A stretch of 64,000 nt of DNA from Spirochaetia bacterium (GCA_963677595.1 OY782041.1:1632001-1696000), one strand, 5' to 3'. Shown: positions 39,530 through 50,202, counted from the stretch's first letter. The notes: generated by a model from the letters alone, not told the origin. Numbers and translations: made by a program.

Positions 39530-42343
39530 ATGAGTAGGTTCCTCTGTTTCCTCATCGGTATGCTCCTCCTGTTCCCCGGCTGTCTCCTCGTGGGGCAGTC
39601 CTTGGGGGAGGCTGTGCCTGAAGAACCCATACACATTGGGATCACCCCTGAACGAGAGCGGCTCAGGGAGAAGATAGCGAGCGGCATCAACTACCTCTGG
39701 TATTTCGGGGACTGGGATGAGGTAGCCCGGGATGAGGAGTACCTGGACATGGCCATGGACTTCGGGCTGGTCCTGCTGCACCTCACCAACAATGATATCG
39801 ACCCGGAGCAGGTGAAAACCCTGCGAAAAGGCCATGACGGGATCTCCGGGACTGCCGATGACGTGCTCGTCATCGGCTACCTCTCCATTGGGGAGGATAT
39901 CAGGACGGATAAGGACCATATGAGTCCACTGGAGGTGGGGGACGGCAGGGGACCGGTCTACTGGGACTATGCGAAGAAGGAGAAGGTCTTCCAGGATAAC
40001 GGCTATCCCTCCTATTACCTCGATGACCGGGACAAGGACGGCCTGCCTGACCGGAACTGGCAGTACCAGGGCTGCTATGCAGACCCGGGCAACCCCGACT
40101 ACCAGCTGATGCTCAAAACCGGGAAGAAGGACGAGGACGGGTTCGTCGGGCTCGACGAGCTCTTCTCCCGCTATGAGTGCGACGGGGTCTTCCTCGATAC
40201 CATGGATGTGGTCAACCCACTCGGCTGGGGGTTCCCCTTCTACTTCGAATGGGTCGCCCCGGGCGGGCAGAAACTCATCGAGCAGTTCAGGGCCTGGTAC
40301 CCGGACAAGCTCATCCTCCTCAATCGGACCCTCGTCTACTTCGACCCTAACGGGACGCAGGAAGACGGCACGCCCTACCTAGGGTCCTGGGGCAAGGATA
40401 TCGAGGATGATATCGACCTCGTCCTCTTCGAGGGGTTCTACTGGCCCGGGGACGAGGTCCGGAACCGGAACTACTGGGCCCCGAAGATCAATGCCGAGGC
40501 AGACCGTACCGGCGGCTTCACCGTCCTCGTCCTCGACTACGTCGGGGACGCCCATATCATGATAGACGGGGACCTCCAGGACTGGATCTGGAACGGGGAG
40601 GTCCAGGAGGGGGTGGAGAAGCTCGATGACGCCCTCATCTGGAGCCGCGGCGTCACCACGCCGAACGAGGCCGAGGATTGCGAGACGAAGGGGATCGACA
40701 TGGTCGACATGTGGATGGCGAACGACCCTGATAACATCAACATGTATATGCGCATAGACCTCGCCGGGAAACCCGACATCGCAGCCTATAACTACTATAT
40801 CTTCCTCGATACCGACCAGGACCGGGGGACGGGGTACCGGAACGGACCCAGTTCCCTCCTGGGTTCGGACTACCTGGTCACCGACCTCAGCAGGGACGGC
40901 TTCTTCCTCTACCGGTATGCGTGCAAGACAGGCCAGGACTCATGGGACTGGGAGCTTGTCGGGGAGATCCCCTCTGCGACCGGCATCCCCTACGGGGAGC
41001 TTGGTTCGATCGAGCTCGCGATACCGAAGGCCCTCGTCGGGGAGCGGGATGTCTTCGACGAGGCAGTGGACCTGGTCCTCTTCACCGAGGATGCGAGCAT
41101 CTACCCCTACCGGACGGACCAGGCCCCAGATGACCAGGAGAAGGACTTCTACCAGTACCTCTCGAGGACCCGTGCCCTGGGCTTCGAGGAGACGATTACC
41201 CGGCAGGGGTGGCTCGCCTATAACAAACCGCTCATCGGCGGGTCGAAGGTCCCGCTGATCAATCTCCATGCCGCCGAGGTCACAGCCCTCCCCGATACTG
41301 AACCACCGGTCTGGGACTCGACTGCGGCATCTCCGGGAGTCGGGAACCCTGCCGCCCCGGTCCCGAGGGTCGGGATCCAGGAGGCAGAACCGGGAGACGG
41401 TTCAGTCACCGTCCGGTGGGACACGGCGCGTGACCGAACACGTCCGGTGACCTATACCATCTACTACAGCACTGATGCAGAATTGAACCCTGCAACAGCG
41501 ACTCAAGTTAAGAATATTGATACGACCACCGCCGGGAGGAACTATTACCAGGGTACAGGACACCGGGATGACTTCCCGAACGTGCAGGGCTCCCCCAATG
41601 GGTTCTACTCGCAGAAGGTCGGGGAAGGAGTCTATCCCTATGAATACACGATCGATGGATTGGAGAATGATAGGACCTACTACTTCATGGTCCGTGCTTC
41701 CGACCATGCGGCTGAGCCGAATACGGAGACCAACTCGGTAGTGCTCTCGGCAACCCCCAGGCGGCCTGTCACCCGTACTATCCGCCTCGACGGTAAGGTA
41801 GGGGATTGGGAGAAGGTCATCCCGCTCGACTTCTCCCCGGGGGAGGTAGCCGACCCCGATACCCTTCCCCCGGAGATTGATATCACGGAGATCAAGGTGA
41901 CCGAGGACCGGGATGAGATATTCTTCCTCATAACCGTCGAGGGTGCTGCTGACTTCGGGAAGTGGCGGGACCAGCTCTCGGTCTACATCGATACCGACGG
42001 GGATAAGACTACCGGCTATGCCGGGGCGTTCGTCCCCACCTTCCCGTGGATGGTCGGTGCGGACTACATGCTCCAGAACGGGAGTCTCTACTCCTATGAG
42101 CCGCTGAACGGATACCGTGTCTGGAACTGGGTCATGGAGGCAGAGAACGGGAAGGGGCAAAGCCGCATGGTCTATACCGACAGCCAGGTGGAGCTCTCGG
42201 TAAAGAAGTCAGCCCTGGGCGATCCTGATGGTATCAGGATCGCGGTCGAGACCGACCGGATCCTCGATGACGGGAGCCATCTCATCGACCGGGTTCCGAA
42301 CGACCTCTTCTCGCACTATTACACGTATACGCTCCTGCAGTGA
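39530..42343 (+). CDS. Secreted GH114/PelA-like glycoside hydrolase with Fn3 and DOMON-like domains
   Basis: Signal peptide; IGYLSIGED, DGVFLDT, LNR, FE motifs; Fn3 (V.WD.A, GL.N...YYF.VRA); repeated IDGD..DW / IDTD....TGY modules. Confidence 0.65.
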   Translation: MSRFLCFLIGMLLLFPGCLLVGQSLGEAVPEEPIHIGITPERERLREKIASGINYLWYFGDWDEVARDEEYLDMAMDFGLVLLHLTNNDIDPEQVKTLRKGHDGISGTADDVLVIGYLSIGEDIRTDKDHMSPLEVGDGRGPVYWDYAKKEKVFQDNGYPSYYLDDRDKDGLPDRNWQYQGCYADPGNPDYQLMLKTGKKDEDGFVGLDELFSRYECDGVFLDTMDVVNPLGWGFPFYFEWVAPGGQKLIEQFRAWYPDKLILLNRTLVYFDPNGTQEDGTPYLGSWGKDIEDDIDLVLFEGFYWPGDEVRNRNYWAPKINAEADRTGGFTVLVLDYVGDAHIMIDGDLQDWIWNGEVQEGVEKLDDALIWSRGVTTPNEAEDCETKGIDMVDMWMANDPDNINMYMRIDLAGKPDIAAYNYYIFLDTDQDRGTGYRNGPSSLLGSDYLVTDLSRDGFFLYRYACKTGQDSWDWELVGEIPSATGIPYGELGSIELAIPKALVGERDVFDEAVDLVLFTEDASIYPYRTDQAPDDQEKDFYQYLSRTRALGFEETITRQGWLAYNKPLIGGSKVPLINLHAAEVTALPDTEPPVWDSTAASPGVGNPAAPVPRVGIQEAEPGDGSVTVRWDTARDRTRPVTYTIYYSTDAELNPATATQVKNIDTTTAGRNYYQGTGHRDDFPNVQGSPNGFYSQKVGEGVYPYEYTIDGLENDRTYYFMVRASDHAAEPNTETNSVVLSATPRRPVTRTIRLDGKVGDWEKVIPLDFSPGEVADPDTLPPEIDITEIKVTEDRDEIFFLITVEGAADFGKWRDQLSVYIDTDGDKTTGYAGAFVPTFPWMVGADYMLQNGSLYSYEPLNGYRVWNWVMEAENGKGQSRMVYTDSQVELSVKKSALGDPDGIRIAVETDRILDDGSHLIDRVPNDLFSHYYTYTLLQ

Positions 42344-42419
42344 CCATGTGAGGGGCAAACTGTGCTATAACAGTTGAAGAAATTCCTTGACAAATGAAAT
42401 AAACGGGTACAAGCTACAT

Positions 42420-42444
42420 ACAGCAGACAACAGATGTCTGATGT
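42420..42444. promoter_or_regulatory. Candidate GntR/FadR operator
   Basis: ACAGCAGACA-N5-TGTCTGATGT inverted repeat downstream of TTGACA (42387). Confidence 0.5.
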
Positions 42445-42460
42445 AATTAGTGAGGTGAAT

Positions 42461-43132
42461 ATGTCTAACCATAAGATTGCCGCGATATACACCGGTGCCG
42501 CATTGGTCAAGCCGCTCTCAGACCTGATGAAGGAAGTACTTCCCGGGTACGAGGTCATGAACATCCTCGATGACAGCATGATCGCTGAGATCATCCGTGA
42601 GGGGGAACTGACGAAGGCAGTGAAGCGAAGGCTCTACGGGTATTACGAGATCGCCTGCGCCTCCGGGGCGGAGCTCATCCTGAACACCTGCTCCTCGATC
42701 GGCGATGCCGTCTACGGGGCCCGTGACTTCATGCCGATCCCGATCGTGAGGATCGATGAGGCGATGGCCTATAAAGCCATCGAGATGGCGGACTCGGTCG
42801 CCGTCCTCGCGACGCTCCCGACGACCCTGGACCCGACGATCAGGCTCCTGCAGATGTGTGCAGAAGAGAAGGGAAAGAAGATAACGACCGTGTCAGGTCT
42901 TGCAGAAGGCGCATTCTCCGCCATCACCAGCGGTGACGGGGAGACCCACGACCGGCTCGTTGCCGAGACGGCGAAGAAGGTAGCCGATACCTGTGACGTG
43001 ATCCTGCTCGCGCAGGGCTCGATGGCACGGATGGAAGCACCTTTACGTGAGCTGACCGGCAAGACCGTATTCTCCAGTCCCCGTCTCGGCGTCGAGATGG
43101 TGAAGGAGATCATGGAGGGGATCCATGCCTGA
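42461..43132 (+). CDS. Asp/Glu/hydantoin racemase-like protein
   Basis: NTCSSIG, RIDEAM, V.AT..TT..PT, LAQGSM, SSP; RBS GAGGTG. Confidence 0.78.
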   Translation: MSNHKIAAIYTGAALVKPLSDLMKEVLPGYEVMNILDDSMIAEIIREGELTKAVKRRLYGYYEIACASGAELILNTCSSIGDAVYGARDFMPIPIVRIDEAMAYKAIEMADSVAVLATLPTTLDPTIRLLQMCAEEKGKKITTVSGLAEGAFSAITSGDGETHDRLVAETAKKVADTCDVILLAQGSMARMEAPLRELTGKTVFSSPRLGVEMVKEIMEGIHA

Positions 43133-43949
43133 TATCGCATACTTAGAGGACTGCGCACGCCGGATCAGGCGGGACGTGGTCGAGATGGTCTACCGGACGA
43201 AGGACGGCCATCCCTCCCCGAGCTTCTCTGCCGCCGACATGATAGCGGCTCTCTATTTCCATACCATGAAGCTGGACCCCTCGAACCCGGACTGGGAAGA
43301 GCGGGACCGCTTCGTCCTCTCGAAGGGCCATGCCTGCCCGGCACTCTATGCGGCGCTGGCGAGGAAGGGCTTCTTCCCCGCTGATGAGCTGCTTACCCTC
43401 AGGTACCTGGACTCGCACATGCAGGGTCATCCCTATGCACCGAAGACGGTGGGGCTGGATGCCACCACAGGATCTCTGGGGAACGGGGTGTCTGTGGGCC
43501 TTGGGATGGCGCTTGCAGCCAGGATCCGCAAGCTCGACTACCGGGTCTACGTGATCACCGGCGACGGTGAGCTGGGTGAGGGCCTCATCTGGGAGGCAGC
43601 CATGGCTGCAGGGCACCAGAAGGCAGCGAACCTGACCGTCTTCGTGGACAACAACAACTACCAGAGCGGCGGGACGGTCGAGCAGGTCTCCGGGCCTTAT
43701 CCCATCACCGAGAAATGGGCCGACTTCGGCTGGCATACCCAGGAGATCGACGGCCATGACATGGCACAGATCGTGGAGGCGATAGAGGTCGCCAAGGGCG
43801 TGACCGATAAACCGTCAGCGATCATAGCCAAGACCATCAAGGGCAAGGGGCTCTCCTTCATGATAGGGGACAACACCTGGCACAAGCGGGTCTACACCGA
43901 TGCGGAATATGCACAGGCCGAGATCGAGCTGGGAGGATGGAACGAATGA
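43125..43949 (+). CDS. Transketolase, N-terminal subunit
   Basis: RDRFVLSKGH, QGHP, TGSLG.G, GDGE..EG ThDP motif. Confidence 0.92.
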   Translation: MPDIAYLEDCARRIRRDVVEMVYRTKDGHPSPSFSAADMIAALYFHTMKLDPSNPDWEERDRFVLSKGHACPALYAALARKGFFPADELLTLRYLDSHMQGHPYAPKTVGLDATTGSLGNGVSVGLGMALAARIRKLDYRVYVITGDGELGEGLIWEAAMAAGHQKAANLTVFVDNNNYQSGGTVEQVSGPYPITEKWADFGWHTQEIDGHDMAQIVEAIEVAKGVTDKPSAIIAKTIKGKGLSFMIGDNTWHKRVYTDAEYAQAEIELGGWNE

Positions 43950-44896
43950 GCACACAAGTTGACAGCACCCGTGTAGGGTTCCGCGACGGCCTGATGGACC
44001 TGGCCGAGAAACGCGATGATATCGTCTTCGTATCGACCGACTCGCTCCTGGTAGTGAAGGGCGGTCCCTTCAAGGAGCAATATCCCGACCGCGTGGTTGA
44101 GCTCGGTATCGCCGAACAGAACGGCGTCGGCGTATGCGCCGGCCTCGCATCTTCGGGCATCACCCCCTATATCTGCACCTATGCAGGCTTCCTGACGATG
44201 CGCGCCTGTGAGCAGATGCGAACCTTCGTCGGCTACCCCAAGCTGAAGGTACGGTTCGTCGGGGCGAACGGCGGCCTCTACGGCGGGAACCGGGAGGGCG
44301 TGAGCCACCAGTTCATCGAGGATGTGGGACTGCTGCGGACGATCCCTGGCTTCACCGTCCTCTGCCCGGCAGACGGGAACCAGGTCTACCAGGCGATGCT
44401 CGCCTCCGTCGATGTCGACGGGCCGGTCTACATCAGGATCGGGAGCGGCAGGGAGGAGAAGGTCTTCCCAGACGGGACGGAATTCCCCCTCGGGAAGATC
44501 CGCACCGTCAGTGACTATGGCGACGATGTCGCACTCTTCTCCTACGGTTTCACCATGAACCGGGTCATAGCGGCAGCGGAACTGCTGAAAAGCCAGGGCA
44601 TCGGGGCCAAGGTAGTCGAGGTCGCGACCGTGAAGCCGCTCGATGTCGAGGGGATCTCGGAAGTGCTCGGCGCAACAGGCTGTGCGGTGACCGTTGAGGA
44701 CCATACCGTGATCAGCGGTCTCGGGAGCGCGATCGCCGAGGTGATCGCCGAAGAGACCCCGGCAGCACTGGTCAGGCTCGGCCTGCAGGACTGTTACGGT
44801 GAGTCGGGTTTCCCGGACGAGCTGCTCGACAAGTACGGTATGTCCGTTGAGGGGATCGCCGAGGCCGCGAAGAAGGCGATCGTGAAAAAACGATAA
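43946..44896 (+). CDS. Transketolase, C-terminal subunit
   Basis: GIAEQN, RACEQ, G.SHQ, VEDH...GLG. Confidence 0.92.
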   Translation: MSTQVDSTRVGFRDGLMDLAEKRDDIVFVSTDSLLVVKGGPFKEQYPDRVVELGIAEQNGVGVCAGLASSGITPYICTYAGFLTMRACEQMRTFVGYPKLKVRFVGANGGLYGGNREGVSHQFIEDVGLLRTIPGFTVLCPADGNQVYQAMLASVDVDGPVYIRIGSGREEKVFPDGTEFPLGKIRTVSDYGDDVALFSYGFTMNRVIAAAELLKSQGIGAKVVEVATVKPLDVEGISEVLGATGCAVTVEDHTVISGLGSAIAEVIAEETPAALVRLGLQDCYGESGFPDELLDKYGMSVEGIAEAAKKAIVKKR

Positions 44897-44949
44897 GGAA
44901 TTTGCCGGCAGGTTGATTTGCCGGTTAGAATAGGAAAAGGAGTTTACGT

Positions 44950-45966
44950 ATGAAAAAAGGAGCTATTCTAGTTTTAGCATTGCTGATGGTCTGTGCATTC
45001 GGTTTCGCACAGGGCCAGTCCGAAGGACCTACACCGGAGAAGCCGCTGGTACTCAGGTATGCACACATGAACGCAGCGAACAGCCCGAACGGACTGCAGG
45101 CTGACTACTTCGCAAAGAGGATCGCTGAAGAGACCAACGGGGCCATCAAGATCGAGGTATTCCCGGGATCACAGCTCGGTACCATCACCGAGATGGCTGA
45201 GATGGTATCACAGGGATCGATCGCCCTGCACCACAACACCTACGGCGGTCTGCAGACCCTGCAAGAGGACCTCGGTATGTTCGACACACCGTTCCTCTAC
45301 CGGGATGTCGACCACCTGCTGAAGGCAACCGACCCCTTCACCTCCACCGTACTCGAGGAGATGAACGAGCGGCTGATCGAGGAACGCGGTGTACGGATCC
45401 TCTACTCATTCTACTTCGGTACCAGGAACCTGACCACGAACCATCCGGTCTACTCACCTGCTGACCTTTCGGGCAAGAAGATCCGTGCGATCCCCTCAGC
45501 CATCTACATGGCAGCTGTAGAGGGTATGGGTGCGGTAGCTATCCCCGTAGACTGGGCAGAAGTCCCCATGGCTCTCTCAACCGGCCAGGCTGACGGCCAG
45601 GAGAACCCGGTAAGCGTTCTGGTTACCCACAACCTCAACGATGTCCAGGACTACGTCATGCTCACCGGCCACATCATGGGCTCTGAGCCTGTAGTGATCA
45701 ACGAGGATGTATGGCAGAGCCTCTCCTTCGACTACAAGAAGATCTTCAAGGACGTTGCCGCTGAGACCAGGGACTGGGCTTCCAACTATGTCGTGAACAG
45801 CGAGGAAAAAGACCTCCAGACCCTCAGGGACCGGGGCATGACCGTCATCGGGCCTGAGGATGGACTTGATGTGGATGCCTTCAGGGCATCGGTTAGCAAG
45901 GTCGTCGACGAGCGGTTCGGTGACAAGTGGGGCAAGTACTACGAAGTGATCAGGAATATCCAGTAG
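44950..45966 (+). CDS. dctP: TRAP transporter substrate-binding protein
   Basis: Signal peptide; FP.SQLG, G.R, DL.G.KIR, DGQENP. Confidence 0.9.
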   Translation: MKKGAILVLALLMVCAFGFAQGQSEGPTPEKPLVLRYAHMNAANSPNGLQADYFAKRIAEETNGAIKIEVFPGSQLGTITEMAEMVSQGSIALHHNTYGGLQTLQEDLGMFDTPFLYRDVDHLLKATDPFTSTVLEEMNERLIEERGVRILYSFYFGTRNLTTNHPVYSPADLSGKKIRAIPSAIYMAAVEGMGAVAIPVDWAEVPMALSTGQADGQENPVSVLVTHNLNDVQDYVMLTGHIMGSEPVVINEDVWQSLSFDYKKIFKDVAAETRDWASNYVVNSEEKDLQTLRDRGMTVIGPEDGLDVDAFRASVSKVVDERFGDKWGKYYEVIRNIQ

Positions 45967-46055
45967 TATCCTTGAGAACATAGCAATTCTATAGGTAGTA
46001 TATGTATGTGACCGGGGTTTCCCCGGTCACGATTAATCTAAAAGGAGTAAACGGT

Positions 46056-46532
46056 ATGCGTTCAGCCGTAAAGAGGATCACCCGATACCTGGAATACACC
46101 GCACTGGTGTTCCTCCTGATGGTATTCGCCTGTGTCCTCATCCAGATCATCATGAGGAACTTCTTCAACAGCGGGTCAGTCATCCTTGAGGAGCTTGCCA
46201 GGTTCAGCCTGGTCTCACTGGTCTTCCTCATGATCCCGGTCCTTGTCATCGACAAGGGGCATATCATCGTCGATATCCTCGTAGCCCGTCTCCCGAAACG
46301 AGTCAGGCGGATCTTCGAGATCATCATCCAGTCCTTCTCCTTCGGTCTTGCCCTCTTCCTGCTTGCTGCGATCAAGCAGGTCATGGATAAGAACTGGAGC
46401 GTCAGGACCCCGGCCATGAAGATGCCGAACAGCATCTATTATATCCCGATCATCATCGGGATCGTCTTCATGGCCGTCGGTGCCTGCATCGACTTAGTCG
46501 AGGCGATCAAGGATAAGGAGGGAACACTATGA
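46056..46532 (+). CDS. dctQ: TRAP transporter small permease
   Basis: QI..R, EELAR, HI.VD; RBS AAGGAG. Confidence 0.88.
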   Translation: MRSAVKRITRYLEYTALVFLLMVFACVLIQIIMRNFFNSGSVILEELARFSLVSLVFLMIPVLVIDKGHIIVDILVARLPKRVRRIFEIIIQSFSFGLALFLLAAIKQVMDKNWSVRTPAMKMPNSIYYIPIIIGIVFMAVGACIDLVEAIKDKEGTL

Positions 46533-47809
46533 GCGGTCTCATGATCATTCTCCTCTTCCTTGTATTCATCATCGCCGGCTTCCCGATCGCGATCAGTATG
46601 GGGCTTCCCGCAGCGATCTACCTGCTGGTGAACAACATCCCGATCAGCGTCATGATCCAGCGGATGGTAGCGTCCCTGAACTCGTTCCCCCTGCTGGCAG
46701 TCCCGCTCTTCATCATGGCCGCGGGCCTGATGAACAGCTCGGGTATCACGAAGCGGCTCTTCGAGTTCACGAAGCTGCTCGTTGGCAGGCTCAAGGGCGG
46801 TCTTGCGCAGGTGAACATCGTGGCAAGTCTCATCTTCGCCGGTATCTCCGGTGCTGCGCTGGCTGATGTCGGCGGCCTGGGGAATATCGAGATAGACGCC
46901 ATGACCAAGCAGAACTATCCCAAGGAGGATTCCGCGGCGATCACGGCAGCCTCGGCTGTCGTCGGCCCGATCTTCCCGCCGAGCATCCCCTTGATCATCT
47001 ACGGCGCGGCGGCTGAGACCTCCTCGATGAGGCTGCTCATCGCTGGTGTGTTCCCTGCCCTGATCATCGTAGTCTTCCTCATGCTCCAGGTCGGGATCAT
47101 CGCCCATAAGAAGGACTACCCGAAGGGTGTGGAGGGATCGATCCCGTTCAAGCAGGTCATGAAGATCATCAAGGACGGTCTCCCGGCCATGATGATGCCG
47201 GTCATCCTCATCGTGGGGATGCTCAGCGGCTACTTCTCACCGACCGAGGTTGGGGCGATCACGGTGACCTATGCACTGATCCTCAGTGCGATCTACCGGG
47301 AGCTCTCCTTCAGTCGGTTCATCGAGGTCTGCAGGGAGACGCTGCGCTCGACAGTGAGTGTGCTCTTCATCGTCGCCTCCGCCGCGATCTTCGCATGGGC
47401 CCTGACGGTAGAACAGCTGCCGCAGCAGGTATCGAACATGATGCTCACTATATCGGAGAGCCCGATCGTCCTGCTGATGCTGGCGAACGTCGTCCTGCTC
47501 GTCGCAGGGATGTTCATGGAGACCACCGCGGCGATCATGGTACTGACGCCGATCCTCCTGCCGCCGCTGATGGCCGCGGGGGTGAGCCCGATCCATTTCG
47601 GGATCGTGATGGTCTTCAACCTCATGATCGGCATGATCACGCCACCGGTGGGGATGAGCGTCTACATGCTGAGCTCACTGGTGAAGATGCCGGTAGGGAA
47701 GCTCTTCAAGGCGGTTGCGCCCTACTACATAACCTTGTTTATTTCGCTTCTGGTCATTACCTATGTCCCGAAGATTTCACTCTGGCTGCCTAATTTGATG
47801 ATGAACTGA
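46529..47809 (+). CDS. dctM: TRAP transporter large permease
   Basis: LLAVPLF, GGLAQVN, PPSI, HFG, ITPPVG. Confidence 0.92.
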   Translation: MSGLMIILLFLVFIIAGFPIAISMGLPAAIYLLVNNIPISVMIQRMVASLNSFPLLAVPLFIMAAGLMNSSGITKRLFEFTKLLVGRLKGGLAQVNIVASLIFAGISGAALADVGGLGNIEIDAMTKQNYPKEDSAAITAASAVVGPIFPPSIPLIIYGAAAETSSMRLLIAGVFPALIIVVFLMLQVGIIAHKKDYPKGVEGSIPFKQVMKIIKDGLPAMMMPVILIVGMLSGYFSPTEVGAITVTYALILSAIYRELSFSRFIEVCRETLRSTVSVLFIVASAAIFAWALTVEQLPQQVSNMMLTISESPIVLLMLANVVLLVAGMFMETTAAIMVLTPILLPPLMAAGVSPIHFGIVMVFNLMIGMITPPVGMSVYMLSSLVKMPVGKLFKAVAPYYITLFISLLVITYVPKISLWLPNLMMN

Positions 47810-47828
47810 TGAGAGGAGGTCTCACACG

Positions 47829-48881
47829 ATGAATAACGGCTATTTCCAACGGGTACGGAGAGAGACGAAGACCCGTTTCTGGGTGAACAACCCGACTGTG
47901 GAGCAGGCACGGCAGGCCCTCGAGGCTGGTGCCGTAGGATGCACGACGAACCCGAGCTATGTCTCGAAGCTCTTCAAGTCCCCTGCTGACTTCGCCTACG
48001 TGAAGCGCACGATCGACATCCTCATCCCCTTCATGGCGAATGACACGGAGCTCGCCTGTATGGTCCAGCGGATCATGGTAGCGCGACTGAGCGATATCTT
48101 CATGCCCCTGTATGAGGCTACCGGCGGGACTGCCGGGTTCGTGACGATCCAGGGCAATCCCTTCACCGAGGAGGATGCCGACGGCATCATCGCTGACGGG
48201 TTGGAGAACCGGAAGATCGGGGAGAACATCACGGTGAAGATCCCCGTGACGGTCCCCGGGATCAAGGCGATCGCCGACCTCGTGGAGATGAACATCCCGA
48301 CGATGGCGACCGAGGTCATGGGACTCTCCCAGGCGGTATCGATCTGTGAGGCCTATAAAGAGGCTTCACAGAAGACGGGGCATACGCCCCCCTTCTTCGT
48401 GACCCATATAACCGGTATCCTCGATGACCACTTCAAGCGTGTCATCAAGGAGCAAACCCTCGATATTCCCGCAGATGTGCTGAAGTGGGCAGGGCTCTCG
48501 ATCGCGAAGAAAGAGTACGAACTACTCAAGGAACGGGACTACCCTGGGATCATGATCGGCGGCGGCGCAAGGAAGCTCGAGGACTTCACCGAGTTAGTCG
48601 GCGGCGAACTCGATATAACGATCAACTGGAAAGGGACTGCGGACGTACTGCTCGACAAGGATATGCCGGCAGAGTCACGGATCGATGCGTTCCCCGACCA
48701 GGCGGTCATCGACCAGCTCATGGCTGACCTCCCGGATTACCAGCGAGCCTATGACATAGACGGCATGGTGCCTGAGGAGTACTACGACTACGGCGGGGTT
48801 GAGCTCTTCCGGACCTCCTTCATGAAGGGGTGGCAGATGCTGCTCGACCTCATCACCGAGAGAAGGGAGGCACTGAAATGA
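47829..48881 (+). CDS. Transaldolase family protein
   Basis: G.TTNPS, VKIP.T..G Schiff-base Lys region. Confidence 0.8.
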   Translation: MNNGYFQRVRRETKTRFWVNNPTVEQARQALEAGAVGCTTNPSYVSKLFKSPADFAYVKRTIDILIPFMANDTELACMVQRIMVARLSDIFMPLYEATGGTAGFVTIQGNPFTEEDADGIIADGLENRKIGENITVKIPVTVPGIKAIADLVEMNIPTMATEVMGLSQAVSICEAYKEASQKTGHTPPFFVTHITGILDDHFKRVIKEQTLDIPADVLKWAGLSIAKKEYELLKERDYPGIMIGGGARKLEDFTELVGGELDITINWKGTADVLLDKDMPAESRIDAFPDQAVIDQLMADLPDYQRAYDIDGMVPEEYYDYGGVELFRTSFMKGWQMLLDLITERREALK

Positions 48882-49222
48882 CACAGGACAAGAAGCACCG
48901 GGGGAACCTCTTCGAGGATCCCAGGGTAGAGCGGGCTCCCGGCATCGACCGGGTCACGCTCACCTATGACGAAGACTCGATGATCTGCTACTTCTACCTT
49001 GCCAAGGGTTCAGTCCTGGAGATGCACACCCATGTGCAGTCCCAGAACGGGATAGTCATGAAGGGCAGGATAGACTTCATCAAGGGAGACGGGGAGGTCC
49101 TGGAGCTCAAAGCAGGCGATGCCTACTACTTCGGCCCGAACGATCCCCACGGTTCCAATGTGATCGAGGATACTGAGCTCATGGAGTGTTTTGCCCCTTC
49201 CCGGGATGATTATAAGGTGTGA
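48878..49222 (+). CDS. Cupin domain protein
   Basis: H.H...Q, G.I.F, PHG, F.P.R.DY. Confidence 0.85.
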   Translation: MTQDKKHRGNLFEDPRVERAPGIDRVTLTYDEDSMICYFYLAKGSVLEMHTHVQSQNGIVMKGRIDFIKGDGEVLELKAGDAYYFGPNDPHGSNVIEDTELMECFAPSRDDYKV

Positions 49223-49297
49223 CAGTAGAAATTAGGGAATATTCACGGTAAGATGTCAAAATAATCATAAAACGTATGATAGCGAGGTGCGTATCTG

Positions 49298-50020
49298 ATG
49301 AAAGGTATGTTTGCGGTCAACGGGAAACGTCTCTCCTCTGTCGAGATCGTGGTGGAGAAGATCAAGGAACTGCTGATCAAACAGAAACTCAAACCCGGCG
49401 ACATGATCCCGAGCGAGATGGTCCTGGCGGAAAACCTGCAGGTGAGCCGCAGTTCCGTCCGTGAGGCGGTGAAGATCCTCTCGGCCTATGGGATCATCGA
49501 GATCCGCAGGGGCTCAGGCACCTTCATCTCCACGGCCTCGAACAAGCGGCTCTTCGACCCGCACCTCTTCCAGATCCTCGTGCAGGAGCGCGACTACCAC
49601 TCCCTGACCCAGGTCAGGGACCTCCTCGAGGAGGGAGTCGTCCAGCTCGTGGTCGAGAATGCCGATGAGGAGGACTTTATCCTCCTTGAGGATGCCATGC
49701 AGGAACTGCTCGGCGAACTGAATAAGAAAGACATCTCACGGGAGAAGGCGAACCAGTACGACCTGCAGTACCACCAGCTGCTCGGCAAGTTCTCCCATAA
49801 CCCCATCGTGGAGAACATCTACAACTTCATCATCGAACTCTTCGCCCCGACGATCAACCCGATCCATGAGGGCGTCTATGAAGCCCATAAGAACCTGCAC
49901 CAGGCCATCATGGATCGGGATGCCAACAAAGCAGTCGAATGCGTAAAGTACCATACCAGCATATGGATAGCATCCCACAGCTTCGAATTCATGAACGGGG
50001 AGAGCAAGAAAGAAGAATAA
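49298..50020 (+). CDS. FadR/GntR family regulator
   Basis: PSE..LAE.L.VSRSSVREA, G.GTF; FCD-type domain. Confidence 0.92.
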   Translation: MKGMFAVNGKRLSSVEIVVEKIKELLIKQKLKPGDMIPSEMVLAENLQVSRSSVREAVKILSAYGIIEIRRGSGTFISTASNKRLFDPHLFQILVQERDYHSLTQVRDLLEEGVVQLVVENADEEDFILLEDAMQELLGELNKKDISREKANQYDLQYHQLLGKFSHNPIVENIYNFIIELFAPTINPIHEGVYEAHKNLHQAIMDRDANKAVECVKYHTSIWIASHSFEFMNGESKKEE

Positions 50021-50092
50021 CGAGTATTTCATACTCATATATCTAGACAAACAGGAGATTATGAGTATACTCATTGTACAGTTCAATCAATC

Positions 50093-50164
50093 GGGCGATT
50101 AACTCAGTGGGAGAGTGCTACCTTGACATGGTAGAAGTCACAAGTTCAAATCTTGTATCGCCCA
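50093..50164 (+). tRNA. tRNA-Val(GAC)
   Basis: Acceptor GGGCGAT/ATCGCCC, anticodon arm CTACC-TTGACAT-GGTAG, T-loop GTTCAAATC; CCA not encoded. Confidence 0.95.
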
Positions 50165-50170
50165 TCTTAG

Positions 50171-50202
50171 AAGGTCATTTCCTAAAAGGGATGACCTTTT
50201 TT
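50171..50202 (+). terminator. tRNA terminator
   Basis: AAGGTCATTTC...GGGATGACCTT followed by T run. Confidence 0.82.
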
